Under the pieces are notes generated by a model. It was not told the origin of the DNA. It did not search any database and saw only the letters and a list, made by a program, of their open reading frames with translations. Position numbers and translations under genes: made by a program. DNA of 63,722 bases, counting the filler, from Octopus bimaculoides (taxonomy: Eukaryota), in NCBI RefSeq assembly GCF_001194135.2. It is 9 parts of 8 records of this genome, joined end to end, with 100 filler letters (N's around TTAATTAATTAA, not from the genome) between each part and the next. Parts side by side here need not be neighbours in the genome. Positions count along the whole stretch, not along the records: positions 37,359 to 43,854 come from NC_068983.1; positions 43,955 to 46,718 come from NW_026323056.1; positions 46,819 to 52,797 come from NC_068981.1; 6 more parts are not named here. One strand, 5' to 3'. Of this stretch, positions 37,403 to 50,270 are shown piece by piece (position 1 is the stretch's first letter; every line of letters begins with the position of its first letter).

Positions 37403-39716
37403 TGTATACAGGGTTTGGAGAAAGTAATGGAAACACCTTAAAATTTCAAAGAAATTTATTCTAATATGGGGTAGGACCACCTTTGACAGTAATTACAGCT
37501 TGAATTTTACGAGGTATGGACTCGTATAAAGTTTGAATTATTTCCAAAGGAATTTTTGTCCATTCTTCAGCTAAAACAGTCTCCAGTTCTTGTAGTGATG
37601 ATGGTGGACGATATCGACTCCTTACTTGTTTTTCTAAAATGCACCATGGATGTTCAATAATATTGAGATCTGGGACTGTGATAAGATGGTCAACTTCACT
37701 AGCATGTTCCTTGTGCCATTTAATAACAACTTCAGCTGTGTGAATTGGTGTATTATCATCTTGAAAGATTGCGTTTTTCCCTCCGGAAACAGTTCCCCGA
37801 CCATTGGATGAATTTGATCAGATAAAATGCTTAAATAATCTTGACTATTAATTTTGCCATGAAGGGAAACCATGGAGTTTCAGGAGTTTTGTTTTGACGA
37901 CGTGGTTTTTTCCTCTTTCTCAAATCTGTCATTACTTTCGAGACTGTACTTCTTCATACACCGAACATTTCGGTTGTTTTCGTTACGCTAGCGCTTGCCA
38001 TACGAGCATCAACAATTTGACCTCTTTGAAAGTGCGATAGATCTGTCATTTTAATTATTCTTAATTACCTTTTTCTGATGATATCTGAAAAAGAAACAGC
38101 AATTTTAGCAAAACATTTTAAGCAACACTAATAATAAATTGGAAAATATACAAATAAACAAGCTTTTGACGATTTTATATATATCTCAAAATTATGATGC
38201 TATGATGTTAGGTGTTTCCATTATTTTTCCAAACCCTGTATATATATNNNNNNNNNNNNNNNNNNNNNNNNNNNNNNNNNNNNNNNNNNNNNNNNNNNNN
38301 NNNNNNNNNNNNNNNNNNNNNNNNNNNNNNNNNNNNNNNNNNNNNNNNNNNNNNNNNNNNNNNNNNNNNNNNNNNNNNNNNNNNNNNNNNNNNNNNNNNN
38401 NNNNNNNNNNNNNNNNNNNNNNNNNNNNNNNNNNNNNNNNNNNNNNNNNNNNNNNNNNNNNNNNNNNNNNNNNNNNNNNNNNNNNNNNNNNNNNNNNNNN
38501 NNNNNNNNNNNNNNNNNNNNNNNNNNNNNNNNNNNNNNNNNNNNNNNNNNNNNNNNNNNNNNNNNNNNNNNNNNNNNNNNNNNNNNNNNNNNNNNNNNNN
38601 NNNNNNNNNNNNNNNNNNNNNNNNNNNNNNNNNNNNNNNNNNNNNNNNNNNNNNNNNNNNNNNNNNNNNNNNNNNNNNNNNNNNNNNNNNNNNNNNNNNN
38701 NNNNNNNNNNNNNNNNNNNNNNNNNNNNNNNNNNNNNNNNNNNNNNNNNNNNNNNNNNNNNNNNNNNNNNNNNNNNNNNNNNNNNNNNNNNNNNNNNNNN
38801 NNNNNNNNNNNNNNNCAATCGTCCGATTTACAATTATTCCACCACATCTTCAGGTTCTTTTTCAAAATATTATATATGTAATTTTACATCCCTTTAAAAA
38901 ATAAGCAATACAATTATGCATTAAAGATTAAAAATTCAGAATTAAAAATAAAATATAAAAAATATACTTTGTAATATTAAGAATTAAAATTTATGAATTA
39001 TATATTATAAATATGGATTAGTATATATATATATATCAATCATATAAAATCAAGTATATGTCAAATACAAAATGTGAGATATAAGATTATACACCAGAAT
39101 AAAAAAAATATCTGTGGTTAAATGTAATTATAACAAGAAAAATTCAAATACATGAAGGATGAATCAGACAGAAGGCCAGAGAGAGACAAAAGCGAAGACC
39201 AGTCAGTATCGCTCACGAAGAACTGGACGCAAGAAGATTAAGCAATACATTAAAGTTATTAAATCAATCACAAGAAGTGAGACAAGTGAAACGAGCGAAA
39301 GACGCAAGGACAGATTCGAAGACGTCAAATGAAAAGAAGTACCTAACTGCACAAAGGAGAGATATCCAAAGTGTGTGTGAGAGAGAGAGAGAGAGAGTGA
39401 GAGAAAGCAGCACAAACGCGCCAAGATGAGACAGAAGAGCGAGCAACATTGAGGAGAGAATATCTAAGAATGAGAGCATCGCAACGATAACAAGATGAAA
39501 CGGAAGAAGAATCACCACAAGGGAGAGAAAACAGAGAGAACATCCAGAAGAATGGAAGAATTAATCAATACCATCCAAAACTAGGCGAACTCATTGCTGG
39601 TAGGGTTTTCACTAGAAACGTGGTGTTGAAGCAATTACTAAGATAAAGGTTGTAACGCTTTTATTTTAATTTCGTTTTTTTCTTCCGTATCATTTCTGAC
39701 AGCACAGGTACACTAG
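36932..39716 (+). mobile_element. Probable non-autonomous Helitron (may be two separate ends)
   Basis: 5' A|TCTATATATATAAAAATGAGAATGTGTCTGTCTG; internal 39140-39560 encodes charged QDETEE..R repeats; 3' CAGCACAGGTACACTAG|T. Confidence 0.4.
37409..38238 (-). mobile_element. Internally deleted Tc1 element with intact TIRs in TA-rich target
   Basis: TA|CAGGGTTTGGAGAAAGTAATGGAAACACCT ... AGGTGTTTCCATTATTTTTCCAAACCCTG|TA; transposase remnants HGKINSQDYLSILSDQIHPMV, SPDLNIIE. Confidence 0.9.
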
Positions 39717-39739
39717 TATATATATATATATATATATAT

Positions 39740-39773
<34 letters not shown>

Positions 39774-39788
39774 GCACGCACACACACA

Positions 39789-39853
<65 letters not shown>

Positions 39854-40564
39854 NNNNNNNNNNNNNNNNNNNNNNNNNNNNNNNNNNNNNNNNNNNNNNN
39901 NNNNNNNNNNNNNNNNNNNNNNNNNNNNNNNNNNNNNNNNNNNNNNNNNNNNNNNNNNNNNNNNNNNNNNNNNNNNNNNNNNNNNNNNNNNNNNNNNNNN
40001 NNNNNNNNNNNNNNNNNNNNNNNNNNNNNNNNNNNNNNNNNNNNNNNNNNNNNNNNNNNNNNNNNNNNNNNNNNNNNNNNNNNNNNNNNNNNNNNNNNNN
40101 NNNNNNNNNNNNNNNNNNNNNNNNNNNNNNNNNNNNNNNNNNNNNNNNNNNNNNNNNNNNNNNNNNNNNNNNNNNNNNNNNNNNNNNNNNNNNNNNNNNN
40201 NNNNNNNNNNNNNNNNNNNNNNNNNNNNNNNNNNNNNNNNNNNNNNNNNNNNNNNNNNNNNNNNNNNNNNNNNNNNNNNNNNNNNNNNNNNNNNNNNNNN
40301 NNNNNNNNNNNNNNNNNNNNNNNNNNNNNNNNNNNNNNNNNNNNNNNNNNNNNNNNTACATATATTATACACACATATATATGTATACGTATAGACAGAT
40401 ATAGATACATGGAAAACAGGACAGGTTAACACAGAGAAAGAACCCTTCATCAATTATCGGATGTCTATCTACTCCTCATTTAATTTCGAACATTCAACGA
40501 CAATATGAGTCTTCAAAGACAGTCTTAACCACTACGCCATATGCCCGTGGGCGTATGTACTTTG

Positions 40565-41160
40565 TTAAATCTTGTTAAGTCTTGGTTTGTACTTTTGTAT
40601 GAAAGTATTTTCTGTCTTTATCCGTGCTTCATCTGTAGTATTCCCTGAACATAAGTAGAGTGGGAAGACCCGGAATTTGGCAGACTTATTTTTTGAACAT
40701 ATGTTTATGTGATCACTCAGTGGGATCTCTCTAATATTGGGGTTTCATATTTGTTTTCGGTGAATGTTTCAGTCCATTTCTTAGAGTAAGCTTTGTTTGA
40801 CCTGTGTAATCTTCATTAAATCCTTGACATTTGATAGCATATATTGAAGAACATGTAAAGTGATTTTTCGCTTTGAAGAACACGTAAAGTGATTTTTGAC
40901 TTTGAAGAACATGTAATGTGATTTTTCATGGTAAGAGTCTGTCCTGATTTGAATTTGTATGTTGTGTCTTCAATAAGGTTGATGCAATTCCTGCAATTGG
41001 GGCGGCCCCAATTTTTGACCGTTGATGTAGGAGTTGTGGAAGGTAATTTAGCACTTGTGATGAATTTTCTGAGGGACTTTGATTTCTTTTACTTTTGATT
41101 ATTTTGCGTATTTCGAATGCTTGTTTCATTCGTGGTTCTTGTTTTAGTAGTGGGGTGTTC
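40565..41160 (-). mobile_element. Penelope-like element, GIY-YIG endonuclease C-terminus
   Basis: GRPNCRNCINLIEDTTYKFKSGQTLTMKNHITCSS...IYAIKCQGFNEDYTGQT...IPLSDHINIC...FRVFPLY...ENTFIQKYKPRLNKI*. Confidence 0.8.
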
Positions 41161-41169
41161 TGGTGGATA

Positions 41170-41480
41170 ATATTCTTTTCTACTCTAGTCACATGGCCCG
41201 AAAATTTGAAAGTGGGTACCAGTTGATTAGATCAACCCCGAGGCATAATTCCGGGCAAGGTTGTTTATGGAAGACCAGTAGTCGCCCATGCATATCAGCT
41301 TCCCCTCTCCATGCCACCAATGTTATCCAACGGAAAGGCAAAGGCCGATACAGCTTGGCACTAGTGACATTGCAAATCATTTCTGCAGCTGAGTGAACTG
41401 GCGCAACGTGAAATAAAGTGTCTTGCTCAAGAACAGAACACACAATCCATTCCGGGAATCAAACTCACTACCTCGTGATT
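41170..41480 (-). mobile_element. tRNA-derived SINE (V-domain-like)
   Basis: Reverse complement contains GTTCTTGAGCAAGACACTTTATTTCAC after a B-box-like GAGTTTGATTCC. Confidence 0.65.
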
Positions 41481-41483
41481 TGT

Positions 41484-41523
<40 letters not shown>

Positions 41524-41724
41524 AGCGTGACATGATACACGAGAAATTCGGATATTTAAATTTCATGTGCAGTTTATCAAAGAGGCTTCCACAAAATCAC
41601 TAATCAATTTCACTACATTTATTTGACTGGGCGATATATAGATTCCACCTTCATATGAAAGACAAGAGGGCAAATGTTAAGGTCATTATTTATATGGAAA
41701 ATGAAACATAAAAATAAAGAAATA

Positions 41725-42048
41725 TGTATTAAATGGCACTCCGTCGGTTACAACTGTGGTGATTCCATTTGATCCGAACAGCGGAACAACCTGCGCTTGA
41801 AATTAACTTGCAAGTGAGTGAGTACCTCACGGACACGCGTACTTTTAACGTAGTTCGCGGGGAGATTCAGTGTGACACTGAATGTGATAATGCTGGCCTT
41901 TTGAATTACAGGTGCTACTCATTTTTGCCAGCTGGGTAGACTAGAGCAATGTGAAATAAAGTGTCTTGCCCAAGCATACAATGCATCTCCAGTTTTCGAA
42001 CTCACAATCAGGAGCTGGTTACCTTAACCACTAAGCAACGTGCCTTCA
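41725..42048 (-). mobile_element. tRNA-derived SINE (V-domain-like)
   Basis: Reverse complement GTGAAGGCACGTTGCTTAGTGGTTAAGG...GAGTTCGAAAAC...TTGGGCAAGACACTTTATTTCAC. Confidence 0.65.
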
Positions 42049-42109
42049 CAGAGAAACACGTATTAAACTTTGAATAAAAACATGATTTTTGTGCATTCAT
42101 TTACCATGT

Positions 42110-42625
42110 CTTGTATTTGTAATTGTCTGTAAAATGTTCTTCTAGAGACTCTCGTTTCCTCCACAATAAATAATTATTTTAAAGAATATAAATATTCTTC
42201 AATTGTCTTAGCGCATTGTGGCATAGATACTTTAGAAGATTCCTTAATGTTTAATACAATTTCCCCATGCAGTTTTATAATTGGAAAACATGCATTTGAA
42301 TAAATGTTTGATTTTTAACGATAGTTTGATAAATATGGATGTACTCTTTTTCGTCAAATTGCAATGTAATCTGCATGCAATCGTTTTGGAATATATCTTT
42401 TAACCAAAATAGAATTTTCTTCGATCGTATGATGTATTTTAAACTTACTGCAGATGCCGTTATTATATTTGTTCTCATTTTTTTTCCTTTCCTTTAATTG
42501 TTCTAACAATTGCTCTGTTAATATTGAACTGCTTCGCAATTTCCGTCAAATCTTTTCGCATTTGAAATTTGATTAATATTTCAATTTTTATTTCTGAAGA
42601 AATCGACTTTCCTGTCCAGTTTGGT
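42110..42625 (-). mobile_element. Tigger/pogo transposase N-terminal fragment
   Basis: KSISSEIKIEILIKFQMRKDLTEIAKQFNINRAIVRTIKGK (CENP-B-type HTH), later LHGE and LFIVEETR (DETG-like) remnants. Confidence 0.6.
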
Positions 42626-43969
42626 TTGACATTTGAGAATAAAATTTAATTTCGGAAATATGAAATAGAAAATGAATATAACTTGAGTGCTAACTTAACA
42701 TGTGGTGTTCCGCTTTGCCATAGAAGTGAGAGGGAAGTAAAATGTTAGGTAGATAAAAACAAAAACAAAAACGCAAATGACGAAACGACGAGTTGACGTC
42801 TCTAAATGACGTATGTAAATTTAGAAGCAAAGCGACAAAACAGAAAGAGTGCTGAAGTAAAAGCTTGCAAGATAAGACCTATATAAATTGAGTGACAAGT
42901 ATACATACATACATACATACATACATACATACATACATACATACATAGACAAGTGCCACGCTATATATTTTGGGAAGAAAGCTCCGGATTTTACCTATTC
43001 CCTCGACAACACCGATATTAATGTTTACTGTTCAACAGAACCTAGACAATGTTTTCAATAACATTCTACTGTTCTGCGCTGGACGAACCACATTTCTAAA
43101 ATCGTCGAGAAGACCCAGTAACTTAGTATCACATAGTAAAACCTTTGTCTGTCACTCAGTCAGTTACCATATTTTGAAAGTCTTGCTTCATTGACACACT
43201 AAAGCTTTGACGTCCAACAGCTGATTTAAAAACAAAAACATCCAAATGGTTACCTAACCATATCTCCAGTAACAAATTTGGCCATCAATATCTCTACGAT
43301 TGGTGGACATGCATATAAAATTTTAAAAAAAGACCTTTGGAAATATTTTTCTCATGCACAAAATTATCGACTAAATTTCATAGCATCCTTCGAAAATTCC
43401 ATGTTGCCCGACATTAATCAACACTACCTGTGATAAACATATGCAGCCAGAAAGAAGAAACCTAATTCCAAGACTACAGATCCAATCCTTTATTGAAACT
43501 GTAACAATCTATAAAACTTTCCAGAAGTTCATCATTTAAATATATATAAGCGTGTCTAGATATGCAACTATATGCATGAGAATACGTACATAAAACAAAA
43601 CATGCAAATCTGCATGCATACATACATACATACATACATGCATACATACACGCATACACATGCATACATACATACATACATACATACCCTGTTGTTGATG
43701 TTAAAATTCCAATGAAGGAGTTTTGGATCTAGGTTAGAAACCGGCTCTTTCTCTATTGGCAAGAAATCTTGGAATAAACTGAACAATGACATACATACGT
43801 ACATACATACATGCATACATACATGCATACATGCATACGGACCGACGGAGTGACNNNNNNNNNNNNNNNNNNNNNNNNNNNNNNNNNNNNNNNNNNNNTT
43901 AATTAATTAANNNNNNNNNNNNNNNNNNNNNNNNNNNNNNNNNNNNNNNNNNNNAAAAGGTTAAGAGGG

Positions 43970-44006
<37 letters not shown>

Positions 44007-44231
44007 CATAAGAATCAGTTACCAATAGGTACAATATATTATTCTTATTGAAGAGGGCATAAGAACAATAGGAGCAAAATAGGAGCAAACATTATAATGT
44101 GAGAAATGAGTAGAAGTGGTAAGGTATATGAAAGGGAAAATATATATATATTGACATATAGATTCAAGGCTTGAATATGGTACTTATGCGAAGGCACCCG
44201 AATATCACATCCCAAAAGGATGGGTGATTAA

Positions 44232-44795
44232 AATCAAATAATAAGCAACACGGATTTCAAAAGTGATTGCAGTACGCACGTTTCATGCTACTTCAATTTA
44301 TTTAAGTAATGTGAGCATTACCTTAAATGCAATATGAAGAGCAATCTTCAGCTGCACGAAAAAATGTAGAAAAAAAGACATATTACAAATGTGGCAACAT
44401 ATTAAAACCAAGTGGGAGAGAGCAGAGGAAGAATATATAAGTCCATCTTGACATAGCAGGGTCTATCAGGCTNNNNNNNNNNGTATGCATGGGCAAGGCT
44501 ATAAAAGTATTAGAATCTAGAGGTTTCACTGGTCATAGTAGTATCAGGTCATTTTATTACTATCAAAATGTTGAGGAATTATAGCCCTAGGTATATGGGT
44601 CAAATAGGTTTTTTACTTTTAGTCTGAATAGAGTAACAGTATAGTGGTACAGACAACAACAGAATTCTAACTAATGTTTACACAATAAGAGGTAATGCAT
44701 TTAAGGTAATGCTCACATTACTTAAATAAATTGAAGTAGCATGAAACGTGCGTACTGCAATCACTTTTGAAATCCGTGTTGCTTATTATTTGATT
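44232..44795. repeat. Perfect 100-bp inverted repeat (44232-44331 / 44696-44795)
   Basis: Base-by-base comparison shows the arms are exact reverse complements over exactly 100 nt. Confidence 0.9.
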
Positions 44796-45874
44796 ATATA
44801 TTGACATATATAGATTTCATATGTTGCCTTCCAAGGCTCATGTTATTTCGTCCGATGGTAGATCAATGGGTATAGTCTTTCTTAGGATGAGATTTTTAGG
44901 GAAGATGGATTCAGGCAGTGGTTCATATTCTGCCTACATATAAATACGTGATATGTTTACAGTTGTGGGTTTGAGAATATAGTCAGCGTTTGAGAGTATA
45001 GTCAGGATGGCAGCTAAAGAGAGTATGGCACCATATGGTGGCCAAAGTATGGTGTTCGTGTTTATTATTTTTCCGATCAACAAGTCTCTGAATCTCTGTA
45101 TGCAGTGGGGAGGTGGTCATGGTCAGTCCTGTAACCTAACTGGTCAGCTATTTTTTAAAAAGACCATGACGCAGTTACAGTTGGTTAATGGTTAACAGAT
45201 AACACAAAAACAAAACAGATAAATAAAATAAATATAGAAATGCATAAAAAATAATAAAAAATGCATAAAAAATAAACCATTGTCAATTATGGGTTGTAGA
45301 AGAGCAAAGTAAAATAAAATTAAAGCTAGATTAAATTAGATTAAATTAAATTAAATTAAGATAAGTAAATAAATAAATAAATAAAAAGTGAGTGAGTGAG
45401 ATAACTAAAGTAATATGACTAAGGGGATATAATCTTAAAGGACTGCATAAGAAAATAAATTATTACCAACGTATTAATAACGTATACAATAAATGTAAAA
45501 CATATCTATCTAATTATGCGAATCAGTTGAATATTGTTAACCATAATATAGGAGCTAGACATGGGATTCATTTATGTCGGAAAACAGAAGGAGGATTTCA
45601 TAACAAGGGATAACAAATAGATCGGACCGGTTCAATTGTTTGTTTTTCTAAGTTATTGTTATTCATCGCTAAAACTATACTAACGAAATATAGATAAAGC
45701 ATTAAATGTATGGCACTATGTAATAGTGTTAAATTATTTAATTAGTCAACCAATTAATTATTTAATTAATTAATTTATTTATTCAGTTATTTAAGTTGGT
45801 ATTTAATTTAAGGGGGTAGTAGCTTGAAGTAGAATGTTTATATTGATGTATACATACATACATACATACATTCA

Positions 45875-45910
<36 letters not shown>

Positions 45911-46212
45911 TATNNNNNNNNNNNNNNNNNNNNNNNNNNNNNNNNNNNNNNNNNNNNNNNNNNNNNNNNNNNNNNNNNNNNNNNNNNNNNNNNNNNNNNN
46001 NNNNNNNNNNNNNNNNNNNNNNNNNNNNNNNNNNNNNNNNNNNNNNNNNNNNNNNNNNNNNNNNNNNNNNNNNNNNNNNNNNNNNNNNNNNNNNNNNNNN
46101 NNNNNNNNNNNNNNNNNNNNNNNNNNNNNNNNNNNNNNNNNNNNNNNNNNNNNNNNNNNNNNNNNNNNNNNNNNNNNNNNNNNNNNNNNNNNNNNNNNNN
46201 NNNNNNNNNNNN

Positions 46213-46248
<36 letters not shown>

Positions 46249-46819
46249 TCACACATTTATTTAACGGTAAACTTGTGTATATCTAAAGCAGGGTAACTCA
46301 AGCATTTCCAGCTAATAAGTTAAATAATTAATTAATTGATTCTGTATTGGGATATTAGTCAGTTTAGGTCTGAAGGGAAGAGGTGATGTAAGTTGTAGAT
46401 GCAAATAGGAGGTCTTTTATTCGGGCAAATGTGACAGCTATGGGGTGTAGACATCTATGTATTCTGATGTATTAGGCAAACTAGCTTTAGTAAGATACAC
46501 TATATTATACTTATATTATACTGATGAAGCCTTGAGGCACACTTAATAACCAAATTTTATCTATTAATCCCTACAGAAGACTGAAGAGATGGAATTAACA
46601 TGGAGGGTATAGTGGCCTCTTGGCAGAAACGGCCGTAAGGAAGTGTTCTTTTACGCTTTTATGTATTCCTGGTACATATGTCTGTAACACAGTCTTTGCA
46701 TATGTATGTATTCTTACANNNNNNNNNNNNNNNNNNNNNNNNNNNNNNNNNNNNNNNNNNNNTTAATTAATTAANNNNNNNNNNNNNNNNNNNNNNNNNN
46801 NNNNNNNNNNNNNNNNNNC

Positions 46820-47143
46820 TGTCTGTAGTAGTGTTTCTAGCTCTTTGTCGCTTTTTGCATATAATTTTAGGTCATCCATATATAGAAGGTGGCTGACTGT
46901 CTTTCCATAGCATTTGTAACCGCATCCAGTTCTATTTAGCAATCCTGTTAAAGGTGTGAGTGCCAGGCAGAACAGGAGTGGAGAGAGCGTGTCTCCCTGG
47001 AATATTCCTCTTCTAATGGGGATGGCTTTCGTTTTCACAAATCCCTCTTTTGTTTGGAGCTGTAGCACTGTCTGCCATTTGTTCATTGAGTGCTCTATGT
47101 ATTTTATGATAATTGGTGCCACCTTGTTTATGGCTAGTGTTTC

Positions 47144-47146
<3 letters not shown>
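46820..47146 (-). mobile_element. Dong/R4-clade LINE reverse transcriptase fragment
   Basis: IPIRRGIFQGDTLSPLLFCLALTPLTGLLN...VSHLLYMDDLKLYAKSDKEL; 5'-truncated at a (TAA)n run. Confidence 0.9.
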
Positions 47147-47187
<41 letters not shown>

Positions 47188-47844
47188 TTATTGCCCAAGT
47201 TGACTTTCGATTTCAATTTTCATGGGTTCATGAAATAAATACATATTGAGTACTGGGAAAGACGTAATCGACTCACCTTCACCTCTAAATTTGAAAACAT
47301 CATTATGGCAATGCATGCCATCAAAGTGACACAGGAGTACAGATATACAAATCCTATTTTATCCATCATAACTATCTTTCAGATAAGGGTACATCAGTCA
47401 CAAGCATCTCTACAATATGTGCATTAAGTGCTGCACTCATATCAAGATAAACAACGCATACATTTGCAAATGGGAGCCAGTTAGAATTTTCTTCAGGTCG
47501 AGTAGCTCATCCTGCACAAAAGGTTCCCGAATAAGAATTTTTTTAAGGATGAGGAACATAATACCCATGTTTCCAAAGTTGAAACAAACATTCGAACCTC
47601 AAAGAATTCCTCTCAACACATGACTATGACGCTTTCCCATTACTCCTGCTTATGATCAGAGGTGCACATATCGTCAGCCACTAAGGAGCATGGTTAAGGT
47701 CGAGCAACTGACAAGCAAATCTGTGGTACTGAGCAGAATATTTAATGTAGCCCATCTTTTACGAGACAAAACTTACATGATACCATTTCCAATCATTTAA
47801 AATCAGAAGCCATGAAAGCCCCTGCCTAGTATTGCGTTAGGGCA

Positions 47845-47866
47845 AATCATCATCATCATCACCACC

Positions 47867-47900
<34 letters not shown>

Positions 47901-47961
47901 TCATCGTCATCGTCATCATCATCATCGTCGTCTTCGTCGTCGTCGTCATCATCGTCATCAT

Positions 47962-48002
<41 letters not shown>

Positions 48003-48054
48003 GCGTCGTCGTCCTCGTCGTCGTCCTCGTCGTCGTCGTCGTCGTCATCATCAT

Positions 48055-48085
<31 letters not shown>

Positions 48086-48089
48086 AGCA

Positions 48090-48125
<36 letters not shown>

Positions 48126-48135
48126 TCATCATCAA
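47845..48135. repeat. Compound trinucleotide array (CAT/CAC/CGT/CAG)
   Basis: Phase-conserved triplets with a duplicated CATn-CAGn-CGTn block. Confidence 0.9.
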
Positions 48136-48159
48136 ATTGATCCTTATTATTATTATTAT

Positions 48160-48780
48160 TCTGTAATCTTATTTTTATTACGTGCTTTCACTGCACTACC
48201 GACCGTCGCTCTGCATGCCATAGGTATGTGCTGTGGTTTGTTGTGGTGCTCTTATTTTCACTGTATTAAGAGTGTTTTTACGTAGTATGTGTGCAGTGCC
48301 TAGTAGTGCTATTTTCTGCATGCTATATATAGTTGTAAGGCATTGTGTTTTTGTTATGTATTTGTCTGAATGTTTTTCTATCATACCTAATGCACCTGCT
48401 ATAATAGAAATTGTTTATGTTTTTAGGTCCACATTCAAGTTAACTCTATTTCCAGATCTTTGTATTTAGAAAGTTTCTCCGTTTCTTTTACAAAAACGTT
48501 GTCATCTGTTAGCATTGATGCATTGATTAGAAAGCATTTTCATTCATGTTGATCTTTGACAATTATATGCAGCCTACTGGCCTTGATTTCTCTATCTGGC
48601 GTGTATTGGCATGACCCAAAGTATGGTTGCTTTCAACTTTTCTGTTGCCTTCTTGGGGTTGTGCCTATACCAACTTTTTTCTGTTGGTATTTCATAGTGT
48701 TGACATAGCTTCCAGTGTACATAGGTCCCAACTCTGTCGTGTGTGTGAATATATTCCTACTAAACAAGACTGGGCAGCCA
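48160..48780 (-). mobile_element. Dong/R4-clade LINE 3' end (RLE domain and 3' UTR)
   Basis: YTLEAMSTL*NT.RKSW...P, DIIVKD, IVGALGMIEKHSDKY...MQKIALLGTAHILRK; terminates at (TAA)n. Confidence 0.8.
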
Positions 48781-49321
48781 AAGGCAATATTTAAATACCC
48801 CAGAGGTTAGTTACACTTACCTTCATTTCGGGTTTGCTGAATTAAAGTACCAGTCAAGTGCTCTGGTTCAGGCGCATCTGATCAACTAACCCGAATAAAC
48901 ATATATATATATATATANNNNNNNNNNNNNNNNNNNNNNNNNNNNNNNNNNNNNNNNNNNNNNNNNNNNNNNNNNNNNNNNNNNNNNNNNNNNNNNNNNN
49001 NNNNNNNNNNNATATAAACACATTCTATATGTTCACACTGTATTCGCACAGACAAGCACAAATATGTCTGCTATCAAATTACCTTTATCTCTGTCTCTCC
49101 TTTTTTTCTCTTTCCCTATCTATTTATCACACCTACGCATACTTACACACACAATCATATATACATAAGTAAATATACACATATATAATTTAAATATGCA
49201 TACATATTTAATGCTGGATTAACGATTATAAAGTCGTAGTTTCGATATCCTGATGGGGCGACATTTGTCAAGGTAAACAGCCACTTTTTCCACTGATTTC
49301 TGTCACATCCCTCACACACAC

Positions 49322-49362
<41 letters not shown>

Positions 49363-49659
49363 TACACAACACACACATACGCATACACACAGACACACAC
49401 ATATGTTTATATTCATATGCATACGTCTATATACTTGTGTCTTTGAGCAAAACTCACCCTTTCACTTTATCCCAACCTAAACAGCGGCCAAAAAATAAGT
49501 AGTTAACGAATGCTAGATCCGCTCCACTCTCTCTCTCTCTTTCTCTCTCGTCTTTCTCTCCCATTCTCTCTCTTTTTTTCTCTCCCATTCTCTCTCTTTT
49601 TTTCTCTTTCTCTCTCTCCACCTGTAACATGCGTATGTCTGCCTGTATGAATACTTATG

Positions 49660-49870
49660 CAAGCTGGCAGAATCGTTAACACCCCAGGCTAGATGCTTAG
49701 CGGCATTTCGTCTGTCTTTTACTTCTGAGTTCATATTCTACCGAGATTGCCTTTGCCTTTCATCCTTTCGGTGTCCATAAATTAAATACTAGTTAATCAC
49801 TGGGATCGATGTAATCGAATAGCCCTCTCCTCCGAAATTGCTAGCCTTGTCTCTATAGTAGAAAGGATAT
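49660..49870 (+). mobile_element. tRNA-derived SINE, family A
   Basis: GCTGGCAGAATCGTTAACACCCCAGGCTAGATGCTTAGCGGCATTTCGTC...GCCTTTCATCCTTTCGGTGTCCATAAATTAAATACTAGT. Confidence 0.85.
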
Positions 49871-50196
49871 TTTTAGTTATGTTTCTGAGCGCAAGTATGT
49901 AAGAAAGATAGCATTCTTAAGTTGTGTGTTGTGGTTTTCACAAATATTATTTTCCTTATCTGAATTATAGGCAAGTTTTTGACCTCAATCGAAATTAAGA
50001 ACTGAAAGTACGAAGATGTTTATCATTAGTTTCTCAGAATTAACAGCCCCTGGCTGTCGGTCGGAAACGAGACATGCCTACGTATTACATTAATTTTACT
50101 AGACTACAGTGTTATAGATGTTAGTTTCATACTTCACAAGCACAACTTAACAAGCGTAAATAGAATTCCATGAGGTAAATCAACGAAATCTATCTT

Positions 50197-50270
<74 letters not shown>

